Counted from the stretch's first letter, positions 9,664 through 19,785 are shown. The stretch is DNA of 64,000 nt from an uncultured Actinomycetota bacterium (GCA_963743915.1 CAVURN010000005.1:448001-512000); one strand, 5' to 3'. Made by a program: numbers and translations. The notes: generated by a model from the letters alone, not told the origin.

Positions 9664-11132
9664 GCATGCACCGCGTCAGCAGCCGGCTGGGAGGTGCGGG
9701 CGGTCGCCCGTGACTCCAGCCAGGTCCACCCGACCTCGCGGTCCGGGGCCTCCTCGGAGGTGATGGGCAGCGACGTGTGGTACGCGTTGGTCCAGTCGTC
9801 ATCGACGTGGACGAGGTTGTCGAGTCCGTGCCGACGCAGCAGCGAGACGACGGCCGCCGCGCGGTACCCGGATCCGCAGCTCACGTAGACGGGACGGTCC
9901 TTGGGGATCTCCGCGATCCGGTCAGGCACCCGGTAGAAGGGGATGTGCAGTGCACCCACGACATGGCCGGCCTCCCACTCCTGGTGCTGACGGACGTCGA
10001 GGATGAGGGCATCAGCGTCGTTCTCCCGGATTCGCGCGACGGTGGCGAAGTCGACGCGCTCGACGGTGTCCAGGTGGTCTTCGCCGTCGGCCCAGTAGAC
10101 GGGGCCTCCGACGGCCTGGGCTGCAGGACGGTCGATGCCGATGCGCACGAGCTCGCGCTGTGCCGCCTGCACCTGCTCGGTCGTCTCACCGAGCAACGTG
10201 ATCGGCGTCCCCCACGGGATCAGCCAACCGACGTAGGTGACGAAGGCACCGTCGAGGTCGAACGAGAGTGAACCCGGCAGGTGGCCGGCGGCGAAGACCT
10301 CACGTGAACGGAGGTCGATGACCCACTCACCGCGTTCGATCCGGGCGCGCAGCTCGGCGGGCTCCGCCGGTGACGGCAGCTCGAGGTCGACCGGGGCGGG
10401 GCCGGCCGCGTTCGCAGGTCCCATGTGTGCGTAGTACGCCGGGAAGACGTCGAGCCCGGCCAGCGTCTGCTCGACGAAGGTCTTCTCGTCCTGGGTGAGT
10501 GCGGGGTTGTTGGTGGCCTCGTCGGCGATGGTGCCTGACGGCCCGTCGTTCTGCGATGCCGCACAGAAGGAACCGAATCCGTGGGTCGGGTAGACGTACG
10601 TCTCGTGCGCGAGCGCGCCGGCGAGCTTGTGTACCGAGTGCCATTGGTCGTGCGCGAGGTCCTGGGTGACGTCAGGCGCGACCAGGTCGGGACGTCCCAC
10701 GGCGCCGTACAGCATCGAGCCACCGGTGAAGACCGCTCCTGGGTGGTCGCCGCGGTGCATCGCGTATGCGACGTGGTGCGGTGTGTGGCCCGGCGTCGCC
10801 AGGACGGTGAGGGTCATGGTTCCGACATCGAAGGTGTCCCCGTCCCTTACGGGGAGGTGCTCGTACGGGACCTGGGCGTCCGCGGGCACGAGGTAGGTGG
10901 CCGAGTGACGCTGCGCGAGCTCGAGGCCACCGGTCACGTAGTCGTTGTGGACGTGCGTCTCGACGACGTAGGTCACGGTCAGGCCGTGTTCGGCCACGAG
11001 GTGCTCGACCCGGTCGATGTCGCGTTGGGGGTCGATGACCACGGCGTGCGTGCCGTCGTGGGCGATGTAGCCGCGGTTGCCGAGTCCCGGTGTCTCGAGG
11101 ACGAGGACGTGCGGGGTGCTGGTGAAGGTCAT
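9660..11132 (-). CDS. MBL-fold persulfide dioxygenase-rhodanese fusion (CstB-like)
   Basis: ETHVHNDY, TPGHTPHH, YPTHG; two rhodanese domains, the last with CGSGYRA. Confidence 0.88.
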   Translation of the reverse strand: MTFTSTPHVLVLETPGLGNRGYIAHDGTHAVVIDPQRDIDRVEHLVAEHGLTVTYVVETHVHNDYVTGGLELAQRHSATYLVPADAQVPYEHLPVRDGDTFDVGTMTLTVLATPGHTPHHVAYAMHRGDHPGAVFTGGSMLYGAVGRPDLVAPDVTQDLAHDQWHSVHKLAGALAHETYVYPTHGFGSFCAASQNDGPSGTIADEATNNPALTQDEKTFVEQTLAGLDVFPAYYAHMGPANAAGPAPVDLELPSPAEPAELRARIERGEWVIDLRSREVFAAGHLPGSLSFDLDGAFVTYVGWLIPWGTPITLLGETTEQVQAAQRELVRIGIDRPAAQAVGGPVYWADGEDHLDTVERVDFATVARIRENDADALILDVRQHQEWEAGHVVGALHIPFYRVPDRIAEIPKDRPVYVSCGSGYRAAAVVSLLRRHGLDNLVHVDDDWTNAYHTSLPITSEEAPDREVGWTWLESRATARTSQPAADAVHA

Positions 11133-11479
11133 CGCGCTGCTCCCATTCCGGCGCCGACCTCGCGGGGCGTCGTCTCCATCGTGAGGCCCGCAGCCCGCCA
11201 GGCGGAGGTGCCGCCGTTCACGTTGATCGCCGCGAGCCCGTGCTGACCCAGGTAGTGGGCCACCTGCCAGCTACGGTTACCCGTCGCGCAGATGACGTAC
11301 ACCGATCGGTCCCGGGGAATGTCGTCGAGGCGCAGCGGCACCAGGTGCATGGGCAGGTGCACGGCTCCGGGGACGTGGCCCGAGGCGAACTCGAACGGCT
11401 CACGGACGTCGAGGACGACGACGTCGCCGCTCCTCTGCAGCGCCGCGGCCAGCTCTCGGACATCAGCTTGGGGGACCAT
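11129..11479 (-). CDS. Rhodanese-like sulfurtransferase
   Basis: LDVREPFEFASGHVPGA, CATGNRS, GGTSAW; GGAGAGGA RBS before ATG 11479. Confidence 0.92.
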   Translation of the reverse strand: MVPQADVRELAAALQRSGDVVVLDVREPFEFASGHVPGAVHLPMHLVPLRLDDIPRDRSVYVICATGNRSWQVAHYLGQHGLAAINVNGGTSAWRAAGLTMETTPREVGAGMGAAR

Positions 11480-11495
11480 TCCGGTGTTCCTCTCC

Positions 11496-11511
11496 ATACC
11501 CTGGGGGGTAT
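11496..11511. promoter_or_regulatory. CsoR/CstR-family operator
   Basis: ATACCCTGGGGGGTAT (TAC-C/G-tract-GTA palindrome) just upstream of the rhodanese operon. Confidence 0.8.
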
Positions 11512-11556
11512 CTGTCGATCCTGTGGGTGGGCGTGGCTGTTCAGGGGTGAGACGCG

Positions 11557-11826
11557 TCAGGCGAGCGCGAGGAAGAGCTTTTCCATCTGCTCGCGCGTGA
11601 GAGCAGGCTGCTCACCGCGCAGCTCGGCGTCCTGGCACTGCCGGATGCCGCTCGCGACGATCTTGAAACCGGCCCGGTCGATGGCGCGGGAGGCAGCGGC
11701 GAGCTGGGTGACGATGTCGGAGCAGTTCCGACCGTCCTCGATCATGGCGATGATCCCGCCGATCTGGCCCTGTGCGCGTCGTAGGCGGTTGACGACCTCT
11801 TGCGAGACTGCGTCCTCGATCTGCAT
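11557..11826 (-). CDS. CsoR/RcnR-family repressor, probably CstR-like persulfide sensor
   Basis: NRLRRAQGQIGGIIAMIE..RNC...QLAA...C; Gly instead of the Cu-binding His four residues before the second Cys. Confidence 0.88.
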   Translation of the reverse strand: MQIEDAVSQEVVNRLRRAQGQIGGIIAMIEDGRNCSDIVTQLAAASRAIDRAGFKIVASGIRQCQDAELRGEQPALTREQMEKLFLALA

Positions 11827-11907
11827 GCCGGACTCCTTCGGTGACGATGTGCGAGGGTGGCTCAGGGTCATGACCTGTCGCGACCCTCGCTCGTGGACCC
11901 GACTTTA

Positions 11908-11921
11908 TACCCCCGGGGGTA
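11908..11921. promoter_or_regulatory. CsoR/CstR-family operator (autoregulatory)
   Basis: Perfect palindrome TACCCCCGGGGGTA abutting a minus-strand TAAAGT -10-like element. Confidence 0.82.
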
Positions 11922-11924
11922 CCC

Positions 11925-12530
11925 ATGTCCACTCACGACAACGGCGGACGCCACGCCCCGGTCGTCATCTACGCGGCGAGCAGCGCCGACGGCTACCTCG
12001 CACCTCCGGACGGCTCAGTGGGCTGGCTCGACGCCTTCGGCGGCGAGGGTGACGCCGACTTCGGCTACGACGCGTTCTTCGGCGGCATCGGGTCGATCGT
12101 GGTCGGACGCACGACCTTCGAGCAGGTCCTCGGGTTCGGCGAATGGCCCTATGCGGGCCGACCCACCGCGGTGCTCACCTCGCGGACCGGAGACGGCGAC
12201 GGCTGGCCGGATGGGGCTCTGCCGGACAGGGATCTGCCGGACGGCGTCCGCTTCGACGCCGGCACCGACCTCGGCAGCCTGCTCGACCAGCTCCAGACGG
12301 AGGCGCCGGAGCGGGGGACCTGGCTGCTGGGAGGTGGTGCAGTGCACCAAGCATTTCTTGCCGAGGGTCTGGTCGACGAGATCTGGACACACGTGATGCC
12401 CGTCCTGCTCGGCGACGGCATCCGGATGTTCCCCGCGGCTTATCCGTCGCAGCAGCTGACGCTCGTGGAGTCACGGACGTTCCACGGCAACGGCCCGGGT
12501 GTCGTGATGCTGCGCTACCGGGTGGGCTGA
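11925..12530 (+). CDS. Dihydrofolate reductase-like (RibD C-terminal) protein
   Basis: SADGYLA, VGRTTFE, WLLGGG, GLVDEI...PVLLGDGIRMF. Confidence 0.9.
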   Translation: MSTHDNGGRHAPVVIYAASSADGYLAPPDGSVGWLDAFGGEGDADFGYDAFFGGIGSIVVGRTTFEQVLGFGEWPYAGRPTAVLTSRTGDGDGWPDGALPDRDLPDGVRFDAGTDLGSLLDQLQTEAPERGTWLLGGGAVHQAFLAEGLVDEIWTHVMPVLLGDGIRMFPAAYPSQQLTLVESRTFHGNGPGVVMLRYRVG

Positions 12531-12572
12531 CAGCTGTGGGCGCCCATGAGGCACCCACAACTGTCCATCGAA

Positions 12573-13192
12573 CTACTTGAGAGTCGCGCAGACGACCCAC
12601 GGGCGGACGATGAGCTCGCCGCTCGCGTTGTTGTTGAACCCTTCCACCAGCCAAGCGTTGGCCACGAAGGAGCCGTCCACGTCACCCTTGATGGCGTTGT
12701 AGACCTCTTCGCCACCCTTGAACTGCGCCGGCCGCGACGTGACGATCTGCAGTCCAGCGAACTCCGACTTGGCCTCGTCGGCGCGGCTGTAGCCGCCGCC
12801 CAGGGCGATCTTGTCGGGAGCGCACATGACCCACGAGCTCTGGAGCGTCGCCCCGGAGTCTCCGATCCACGTGTCGGTCGAGTTGTCGCCCTCCTCGAGG
12901 ACGGTCGCACCGGGGTACGGCCCGTCGACCTCGAGGTCGAGGACACGTCCGGTGTTGATCTTCTTGTTGACCTTGTCGGTCAGCTGGTCGTGCCGACCGC
13001 TTGGTCGCCGATGTCGTCCATCTTGACACCATTGTTGTGGATGTCGACGGACTTGATCGTTCCGTTCTTGATGTCGTCGGACGTGACCAGCCCGGTCGCG
13101 GTGGCAGTACCGAGCCCACCAAGCGTGACGAGCACGACCGCACCCGCCACGACGGCGCCGGTTCTGGTGTGCAGAACAGTACGAATACTCAT
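12573..13192 (-). CDS. Secreted hypothetical protein with DIKNGTI-type repeats (frameshift near 12990)
   Basis: Signal peptide plus VTSDDIKNGTIKSVDIHNNGVKMDDI in one frame; remainder (C..DKIALGGG...VVCA) in another. Confidence 0.7.
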
Positions 13193-13300
13193 GGTTCACC
13201 CCCGGTTGTGATGGTCCGTCTCAGATGTGCGGACCGAGAATCGTTCTACTTCGCATCCACCACCTGACCGACCGGTAGATCCAGGGGCGTAGGTCCCGGG

Positions 13301-13981
13301 CTAACCCACCGACACGAAGACGTGTGACGCCCGCGTCGGGTCGAGCTCGGCGTACTCCATGCCGCTGCCCACCAGCACACCGGAGTCGGTGCGGCGCACC
13401 TTCACCACCTCACCGGGTCGAACGCCCGCGCGGCTCAGGGAGGTCATCAGCTCATGGTCGTCCTGCAGGGGCTCACCGATCCGTCCGACGGTGACCCGCC
13501 GCGACTCGTCCTGCGCCACGGTGTCGAGCCCGACCAGACCGGTCGTCGCGGTCGCAACCGGCTCACCGAGCTCGTCGAGTCCGGGGATCGGGTTGCCGAA
13601 CGGTGAGTGCGTCGGGTGGTCGAGCAGACCCAGGATCCGGCGCTCGACGGTCTCGCTCATCACGTGCTCCCAGCGACAGGCCTCCGCGTGCACCTCCTCC
13701 CACGGCAGGCCGATGACGTCGACCAGCAGGCACTCGGCGAGGCGGTGCTTGCGCATGACGCGCGTGGCCATCTCACGACCGCGCGGCGTCAGCTCGAGGT
13801 GGCGGTCGCCCTCGACGGTGAGCAGCGTGTCGCGCTCCATGCGGGCGACGGTCTGACTGACGGTGGGTCCCGACTGCGCCAAGCGCTCCGCGATCCTCGC
13901 CCGCAGGGGGACGATGCCCTCCTCCTCGAGCTCGAAGATCGTGCGGAGGTACATCTCCGTCGTGTCGATGAGGTCGCTCAC
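13301..13981 (-). CDS. ideR: Iron-dependent repressor IdeR/DtxR
   Basis: LIDTTEMYLRTIFELEEEG, QSGPTVSQTVARMERD, RKHRLAE, HAEACRWEHVMS, SPFGNPIPG. Confidence 0.95.
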   Translation of the reverse strand: MSDLIDTTEMYLRTIFELEEEGIVPLRARIAERLAQSGPTVSQTVARMERDTLLTVEGDRHLELTPRGREMATRVMRKHRLAECLLVDVIGLPWEEVHAEACRWEHVMSETVERRILGLLDHPTHSPFGNPIPGLDELGEPVATATTGLVGLDTVAQDESRRVTVGRIGEPLQDDHELMTSLSRAGVRPGEVVKVRRTDSGVLVGSGMEYAELDPTRASHVFVSVG

Positions 13982-14014
13982 GGTGTCACGGTAGTGGTTC
14001 GGTGCTTCTGCCAC

Positions 14015-15670
14015 TCACTGGCGCTGGTGGACCGTCCGTCCACCGACCACCGTCTCGAGCACCGAGGCGGCCAGCAGCCGCTCCGGATCACTGTCGGTCA
14101 CGTCCGGGTCCACCACCACGAAGTCCGCGTGGCGTCCGGGGGCGAGCGACCCCAGCCGGTCCTCGGCGAAACAGCTCCACGCGGCGTGGGCGGTGGCGTG
14201 GGTGAGAGCGTCGCCGATCGGCAACGCGTTCTTGGGCTCGTTCGGTGGCAGCGACGGTTCCAGCGCCGAGCGCCGGGTCGTCGCGATGAACAGGTTCGGC
14301 AGCGGAGCGAAGGGCGCCGTAGGCGCGTCCGTGCCCAAGACCAGTCGAGCACCGGACGCGACGAGCGCGGCGACGGGGAACCCGCCGGCGGAGCGCTCGG
14401 GGCCGAGCATGGCGCGCCAGTTGTCCTGGATCGCGGGGTCGGCATGGACCGGCTGCATGGAGGCCGTGACGCCGAGTGCGGCGAACCGCGGGATGTCGGC
14501 CGGGGCGCAGTACTCGATGTGCTCGATCCGATGGCGCCGGTTGTGCGGCCCTGTGCCGTTCTCCCGGTAGGCGTTCTCGACCGCGTCGAGCGCTGTCGCC
14601 ACCGCCGCGTCCCCGATCGCGTGGAGGGCCACCTGCAGCCCAGCAGCGTCCGCCGCCGCCACGACCGGTGCCAGGGCTTCGTAGTCCCAGATGGGATCGG
14701 GCAGCGCGCCGTTGGTGTACGGCTCGCGGACGTGGGCGGTGCAGCCGTCGATCACTCCGTCGACGATGAACTTGATCCCTGCGACGCGGAACCGGTCCGA
14801 GGTGTGCAGTTGCGCGAGCTCAGCAGCATGCGACACCTGCGCCAGGTGCTGAGCTGTCCCGCCCTCGCGGGACATCAACCAGTGCGCGACCACGCGCAGG
14901 TCGAGCCACCCGTGGCGCTCGGCGTCCGCGATGGTCTCGAGCGCCGACGCGCCGAGGCCCATGTCGATGACCGACGTGATGCCCGAGGCGGTGAGCGCAC
15001 CGATCGCGGCGCGCAGGTGGTCGCGACGCTGCTCCTTGGTCGCGATGCGGTCCAGGTGCTCCCACGCGAGCGACTCAGCGGCGGTCTCCTCGAGGAAACC
15101 GGTCGCCTTGCCGGACTCGTCGCGGGCGATTCGACCACCGGCGGGGTCGGGCGTCGAGTCGGTGACGCCGAGCTCCTCGAGGGCCATCGTGTTCACCCAG
15201 GTCGAGTGGTAGTCGTTGGCGTCCAGCAGCACCGGCCGGTGCGACACCACCGCGTCCAGCATCGCGGCGGTGGGCTCTCCAGGCAGGGCGTCGAAGAGCC
15301 AGCTCTTGCCGAGCACCCACCGGTGGTGCGACGTCGCGAGCGCGTGCTCGCGCACGAGCTGTTGGATCTCCTCGAGCGACTTCGCCCGCACCAGGTCGAC
15401 CCGCTGCAGCGACTCCCCCGTCCCCATCAGGTGGAAGTGCGCGTCGATCACCCCTGGGATGACCAGGTGGCCGTCGAGGTCGCGCTCCTCCACGGGTCCG
15501 TCGCTGTCGCGCGCGGCCGTCGCGAGAACTTCCTCGTCGCAGCCCACGACCAGGACGCGGCCGTCGCGTACCGCGAAGGCGGGTGACCAGGGACGTTCCG
15601 GGTCCGCGGTGAAGACCTTGGCGTTGCGGTAGACGGTGGTGCCGGCGCTGGCTGGGGTGTCTGTCGTCAC
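14015..15670 (-). CDS. Amidohydrolase family 3 (YtcJ-like)
   Basis: PGVIDAHFH, KFIVDG, HAIGDAA, RHRIEH, MQPVHA, GTDAP. Confidence 0.92.
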   Translation of the reverse strand: MTTDTPASAGTTVYRNAKVFTADPERPWSPAFAVRDGRVLVVGCDEEVLATAARDSDGPVEERDLDGHLVIPGVIDAHFHLMGTGESLQRVDLVRAKSLEEIQQLVREHALATSHHRWVLGKSWLFDALPGEPTAAMLDAVVSHRPVLLDANDYHSTWVNTMALEELGVTDSTPDPAGGRIARDESGKATGFLEETAAESLAWEHLDRIATKEQRRDHLRAAIGALTASGITSVIDMGLGASALETIADAERHGWLDLRVVAHWLMSREGGTAQHLAQVSHAAELAQLHTSDRFRVAGIKFIVDGVIDGCTAHVREPYTNGALPDPIWDYEALAPVVAAADAAGLQVALHAIGDAAVATALDAVENAYRENGTGPHNRRHRIEHIEYCAPADIPRFAALGVTASMQPVHADPAIQDNWRAMLGPERSAGGFPVAALVASGARLVLGTDAPTAPFAPLPNLFIATTRRSALEPSLPPNEPKNALPIGDALTHATAHAAWSCFAEDRLGSLAPGRHADFVVVDPDVTDSDPERLLAASVLETVVGGRTVHQRQ

Positions 15671-15689
15671 AGCCGCATCCTGCCGCACC

Positions 15690-16367
15690 TCACGGCAGCT
15701 CGGACACAGCCGTCCGCCGTCCGAACACCCCGGGATGACCCTCGGGGAGGGTGCGGCGGATGACCAGCCAGCTGCCCCAGATGACCGCCAGCACCAGGGG
15801 CCAGCCGAGGGCCACCTTCACGACACCCAGGGCCAACACCTGGCCCGCCAGGTAGAGCGGAGTCATCACGGCGGCCCGCACGACGAAGGACGCGGCCCAG
15901 ATCCAGCTGGCTCGGCTGTAGGCCAGGACGAGGGACGGGTCAGAGCGCCACCGCGTCCGCTGGCCGACCGCCGCACCCACGATGACCCCGAGCAGCGGCC
16001 AGCCGACGACGATCGAGGTGGCCCAGATCAGCGCCGCCGCGAGGTTCGCGAGCAGGCTCGGCAGGAAGTAGTCCTCGGGCTGTCCGGTCCGAGCTGCGAC
16101 TCCGGCTGCCAAGAGCACTGCCGCCAGCCCACCGAGCACCTGGCGCAACGACTCGCGGCGAACCAGACGGACGCCCGCCACCGCAGCGGCGACGATGAGA
16201 GCCGCCAGCAGGGCCGGGGCCAGCGTGGAACCGGCAACCGCATAGGCCACCGCGAAGGTGACGCTCGGCGCTGCCCCCTCGACCGCCCCTCGTGGGCCAC
16301 CGAGCAGGTGCAGGAGACTCTCCCGGTCGTCGCCGCGACCGGTGGGGGTACTGGGGTCAGTGGCCAT
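15690..16367 (-). CDS. DUF3159 membrane protein
   Basis: LGGPRGAVE, DYFLPSLL, WPLLGVIVG, LGWPL motifs. Confidence 0.88.
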   Translation of the reverse strand: MATDPSTPTGRGDDRESLLHLLGGPRGAVEGAAPSVTFAVAYAVAGSTLAPALLAALIVAAAVAGVRLVRRESLRQVLGGLAAVLLAAGVAARTGQPEDYFLPSLLANLAAALIWATSIVVGWPLLGVIVGAAVGQRTRWRSDPSLVLAYSRASWIWAASFVVRAAVMTPLYLAGQVLALGVVKVALGWPLVLAVIWGSWLVIRRTLPEGHPGVFGRRTAVSELP

Positions 16368-16474
16368 CAGAACCCATCGTCGGCGACGGGAGTGGGTGCG
16401 TCGACAGGCCTTTCGTCCCCCGGCGCGAGCTGCGTCCCCTCGCCGATGGTGGGTAATCGCCCTACGGTCGAGAC

Positions 16475-17848
16475 GTGGCAGCGACTCGGGCGGTGATGTG
16501 GTTCCGGCGCGACCTGCGCCTGGCCGACCACCCCGCGCTGCAGGCGGCGCTCGCGTCCGCCGACGAGGTGGTGCCGGTGTTCGTCGTGGATCCGCACCTC
16601 TGGCGGCCCGCGGGCGCGACGCGGCGCGAGTACCTGCTCAGGTCGCTCAACGCCCTGGACAGCTCGATGCGTGGCGCGCTCGTCTGGCGCGCGGGAGACC
16701 CGGTGGAACGGATCCCGGCGCTGGTCCGCGAGGTGGACGCGTCCAGCGTGCACGTCTCTGCGGACTTCGGTCCGTACGGGGCGGCGCGGGACTTCCGCGT
16801 GGAGGCGGCGCTCACCGAGCTCGGGACTCCGCTGGTTCGCACGGGTTCGCCGTACGCCGTAGCCCCCGGTCGTGTCATCAAGGCGGACGGGTCGCCGTAC
16901 CGGGTGTACTCACCCTTCTATCGAGCCTGGGTGGCCCACGGGTGGCGGCAACCAGCCCCATCGGTGGACGGGGCACGTTGGGCATCCGGCGTCGTCAACG
17001 ACCCGCTGCCCATGCTGGGTCAGCTGGGTGCAGGACCGTCCGCGCACCACCTGCCCGATGCCGGCGAGCATGCGGCGCACCGACGGTGGGAGAAGTTCCG
17101 CGACGACGCGCTCGAGCACTACGCCGACGACCGAAACCGCCCGGATGTGGATGGGTCGTCGCGACTGTCGGTGCACCTGAAGTACGGGGAGATCCATCCC
17201 CGGACACTGCTCGCCGAGCTGGGCGACTCGAAACCGCACGAGGTGTTCCGCAAGGAGCTCGCCTGGCGGGAGTTCTACGCCGACGTCCTGCACCACGCTC
17301 CCGAAACTGCTCGCGAGTACCTGCGTCCGGAGTTCGCGGCGATGGAGTACGACAGCGGGCCGGAGGCCGAGGAGCGACTGCGCGCTTGGCAGCAGGGGCG
17401 GACGGGGTATCCGATCGTGGACGCCGGCATGCGGCAGCTGCTGCGCGAGGGATGGATTCACAACCGCGTCCGGATGATCGCGGCCTCGTTCCTCGTCAAG
17501 GACTTGCACCTCGAGTGGCAGGTCGGCGCCCGGTGGTTCATGCGTCATCTCGTCGACGGCGACGTGGCATCGAACGCACACGGCTGGCAGTGGACCGCGG
17601 GGTGCGGCACCGATGCTGCCCCGTACTTCCGGATCTTCAACCCGCTGACGCAAGGCAAGAAGTTCGACCCCGATGGTGACTACGTGCGGCAGTACGTCCC
17701 GGAGCTGCGTCACGTCGCCGGCGCTCAAGTGCACGAGCCGTGGTCGGTGCCCGATGGGCACGCCGACGGCTATCCCGAGCGGATCGTCGACCATGCGGCG
17801 GAGCGGGCAGAGTCGTTGGAGCGCTACGAGCGCATCAAGCGCGGGTAG
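16475..17848 (+). CDS. phrB: Deoxyribodipyrimidine photolyase
   Basis: WFRRDLRLADHPAL, SRLSVHL, GRTGYPIVDAGMRQL, HNRVRMI, PYFRIFNP. Confidence 0.95.
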   Translation: MAATRAVMWFRRDLRLADHPALQAALASADEVVPVFVVDPHLWRPAGATRREYLLRSLNALDSSMRGALVWRAGDPVERIPALVREVDASSVHVSADFGPYGAARDFRVEAALTELGTPLVRTGSPYAVAPGRVIKADGSPYRVYSPFYRAWVAHGWRQPAPSVDGARWASGVVNDPLPMLGQLGAGPSAHHLPDAGEHAAHRRWEKFRDDALEHYADDRNRPDVDGSSRLSVHLKYGEIHPRTLLAELGDSKPHEVFRKELAWREFYADVLHHAPETAREYLRPEFAAMEYDSGPEAEERLRAWQQGRTGYPIVDAGMRQLLREGWIHNRVRMIAASFLVKDLHLEWQVGARWFMRHLVDGDVASNAHGWQWTAGCGTDAAPYFRIFNPLTQGKKFDPDGDYVRQYVPELRHVAGAQVHEPWSVPDGHADGYPERIVDHAAERAESLERYERIKRG

Positions 17849-17891
17849 CGACCCAGGACTGGTGTGAAGTGCTCCGCTCAGTTCCCGGTGA

Positions 17892-18413
17892 TCACCCCAC
17901 CATCGCGGCGAGGTACCTCCGCGCGACGATCCGCTGGGCACGCTGAGCCAACGGGCTGACCAGCGAACCTCCCCACGGCGCCGGCCTCGAGAAGGCCGCC
18001 ACAGAGCCGACCACCACATCGGTCTCGAGCAGCCGCACCAGGAACGCCTCCTCGCCTCGCTCGGGATGCCCGGGCAAGGTGCCGTACGCGAAGCCCGCTT
18101 CGTCGTCGGCGTTCACCACCTCGACCACTTCGCAGCCGGCCGGGATGAGCAACGGCCCCACGCCGATCGAGAGCCGGACGCGCCGACCGACAGCGACGTC
18201 GCCCTCGGACTCGACGCGGATCCCGGCCGCCCGGTGCATCTGCCACGTCAGGATCCGCTCACGTGCAGCGGTGAACGCATGCTCACCGCGTCCGATGACG
18301 CGCGTCTCTCGCAGCACGTTCCACTCCCCTTGCGAGGCACGGCACGCCACGGGCGAGCGGGATCGACAGTCCACGCAGTCGTTCCGGATAGGTGAACTCG
18401 GCCACCTCGCCAT
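17892..18413 (-). CDS. DUF1990 family protein (start uncertain)
   Basis: WQMHRAAG, GFAYGTLPGHPERGEEAF, AFSRPA. Confidence 0.88.
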   Translation of the reverse strand: MARWPSSPIRNDCVDCRSRSPVACRASQGEWNVLRETRVIGRGEHAFTAARERILTWQMHRAAGIRVESEGDVAVGRRVRLSIGVGPLLIPAGCEVVEVVNADDEAGFAYGTLPGHPERGEEAFLVRLLETDVVVGSVAAFSRPAPWGGSLVSPLAQRAQRIVARRYLAAMVG

Positions 18414-18480
18414 GGTCGCAGGCGCGCGGGTCCCAGCGGAGGACTCAGCGCGTGTACCCGGTGACAGATGGCGGCCGCCG

Positions 18481-19785
18481 TCAGCTCGGCGGCTGGAGTG
18501 TTCGTCGGCCGGTGGTGTCGATCACGACCTGCCAGCCCTTGAGGTGGACGAGTCGGTGGTGGTGGCGGCAGAGGAGCACAGTGTTCTCAAGGGTTGTGGC
18601 GCCGCCGTGTTCCCAGAAGATGATGTGGTGGACGTCGCAGTGCTCGGGCAGCCGTCCACAGCCGGGGGCGACGCAGGTGCGGTCGCGGGCGATGACGGCC
18701 CGGCGCAGCGGCGGTGGGATGGTGCGGGTGGCCCGTCCGACGTCGATCACCTGGGACGGGCCGTCCATCACGATCCGCGAGACGGTCGCGTCGCAGCCGA
18801 TCAGCTGCACCTGCGAGGCGGTCACCGGACCGGTCCAGGCCAGCTGCCCGGGGGCGATGTCGCGGCGATCGTCCGGAGTGGACGCCAGAGTGGCGTGCTC
18901 GACGATCACCGACAGGTGCGGGCGCACGCCACCCACCTGCACCTGGTTGATCCCCTCCAACCAGTCGGCGCAGATGTCCGCCAGCGCGTCGGCCCGCCGC
19001 TGCGCCGGGGAACGGCCATCAGGTGAGCCGCCGGACGCGTCCGACGTGGCATGACCGTCCCCGTGCTCACCGGACCCCGTGGGTCGACCCTTGGTGTTCA
19101 GGGCGGTCAGCAGCAGCGCACCGGAGACCGGGTCGAGCAGACCGTTGACCGCGACCATGCCGTCGTAGGTCTCCGCCACGGTCAGCCCGCGCCGGTCCAT
19201 CCGCCGGATCGCCTGCTCGTCGGCGCGGTCACGGTCCAAGCAGTGGACCAGCCGGTCCCCGACCCGGCGGAGCTGACCGGGGTCGAGGGTGGTCGCGTGG
19301 GACACCAGTGACTGCTCGGCCTCCTGCCGGCGGTCCTGCGGCACCTGGGCCAGCACCTGGCCGATCACCTGCGCGTGCCGCCAGGACACCTGCCCGTCCC
19401 GCACCGCCTCCCCGGTGCGGACCTGCTGGCCGGTGACGGCGAACGCCACCTTCGCCCGCGCGGTCGCCTCCGCCGGGGACAGCCGGCAAGCGTGACGCAT
19501 CCACGACGCCAACGTCGGATGCCCGGTCTCGGCCAGCTCACCGGACTCGGCAAAGTCCGCCGACGCCGCCAACCACAAACCCTCCAGCTGGTCGATCACC
19601 TGCCGCATCGCCACCAGCCGCTGCCCGGTCGGCAACGACTCCGCCTCGGAGGTGAACCGCTCGAACGCCAGCCGCGCCTCGTCCACCACGAACCCACCCG
19701 GTGGGAACGCTCCGTTCCTCGGCACCCCCGGCACCGCCCAGGCCTCACCCGAAGGGGGTGCGGCGGTGGTGTGCGGGTGACCCAT
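18481..19785 (-). CDS. DUF222 + HNH endonuclease (REP13E12-like)
   Basis: GLLDPVSG, RSPAQRRADAL, CDA, GRATRTIPPPLRRAVIARDRTCVAPGC...CDVHHIIFWEHGGATTLENTVLLCRHHH. Confidence 0.93.
   Translation of the reverse strand: MGHPHTTAAPPSGEAWAVPGVPRNGAFPPGGFVVDEARLAFERFTSEAESLPTGQRLVAMRQVIDQLEGLWLAASADFAESGELAETGHPTLASWMRHACRLSPAEATARAKVAFAVTGQQVRTGEAVRDGQVSWRHAQVIGQVLAQVPQDRRQEAEQSLVSHATTLDPGQLRRVGDRLVHCLDRDRADEQAIRRMDRRGLTVAETYDGMVAVNGLLDPVSGALLLTALNTKGRPTGSGEHGDGHATSDASGGSPDGRSPAQRRADALADICADWLEGINQVQVGGVRPHLSVIVEHATLASTPDDRRDIAPGQLAWTGPVTASQVQLIGCDATVSRIVMDGPSQVIDVGRATRTIPPPLRRAVIARDRTCVAPGCGRLPEHCDVHHIIFWEHGGATTLENTVLLCRHHHRLVHLKGWQVVIDTTGRRTLQPPS

Noticed and set aside
13200-13300. Possible riboswitch upstream of the secreted protein
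   Set aside because: Only one short stem and no recognisable riboswitch consensus
13200-14014. IdeR box near ideR or elsewhere in the window
   Set aside because: No convincing TTAGGTTAGGCTAACCTAA-like palindrome found by eye
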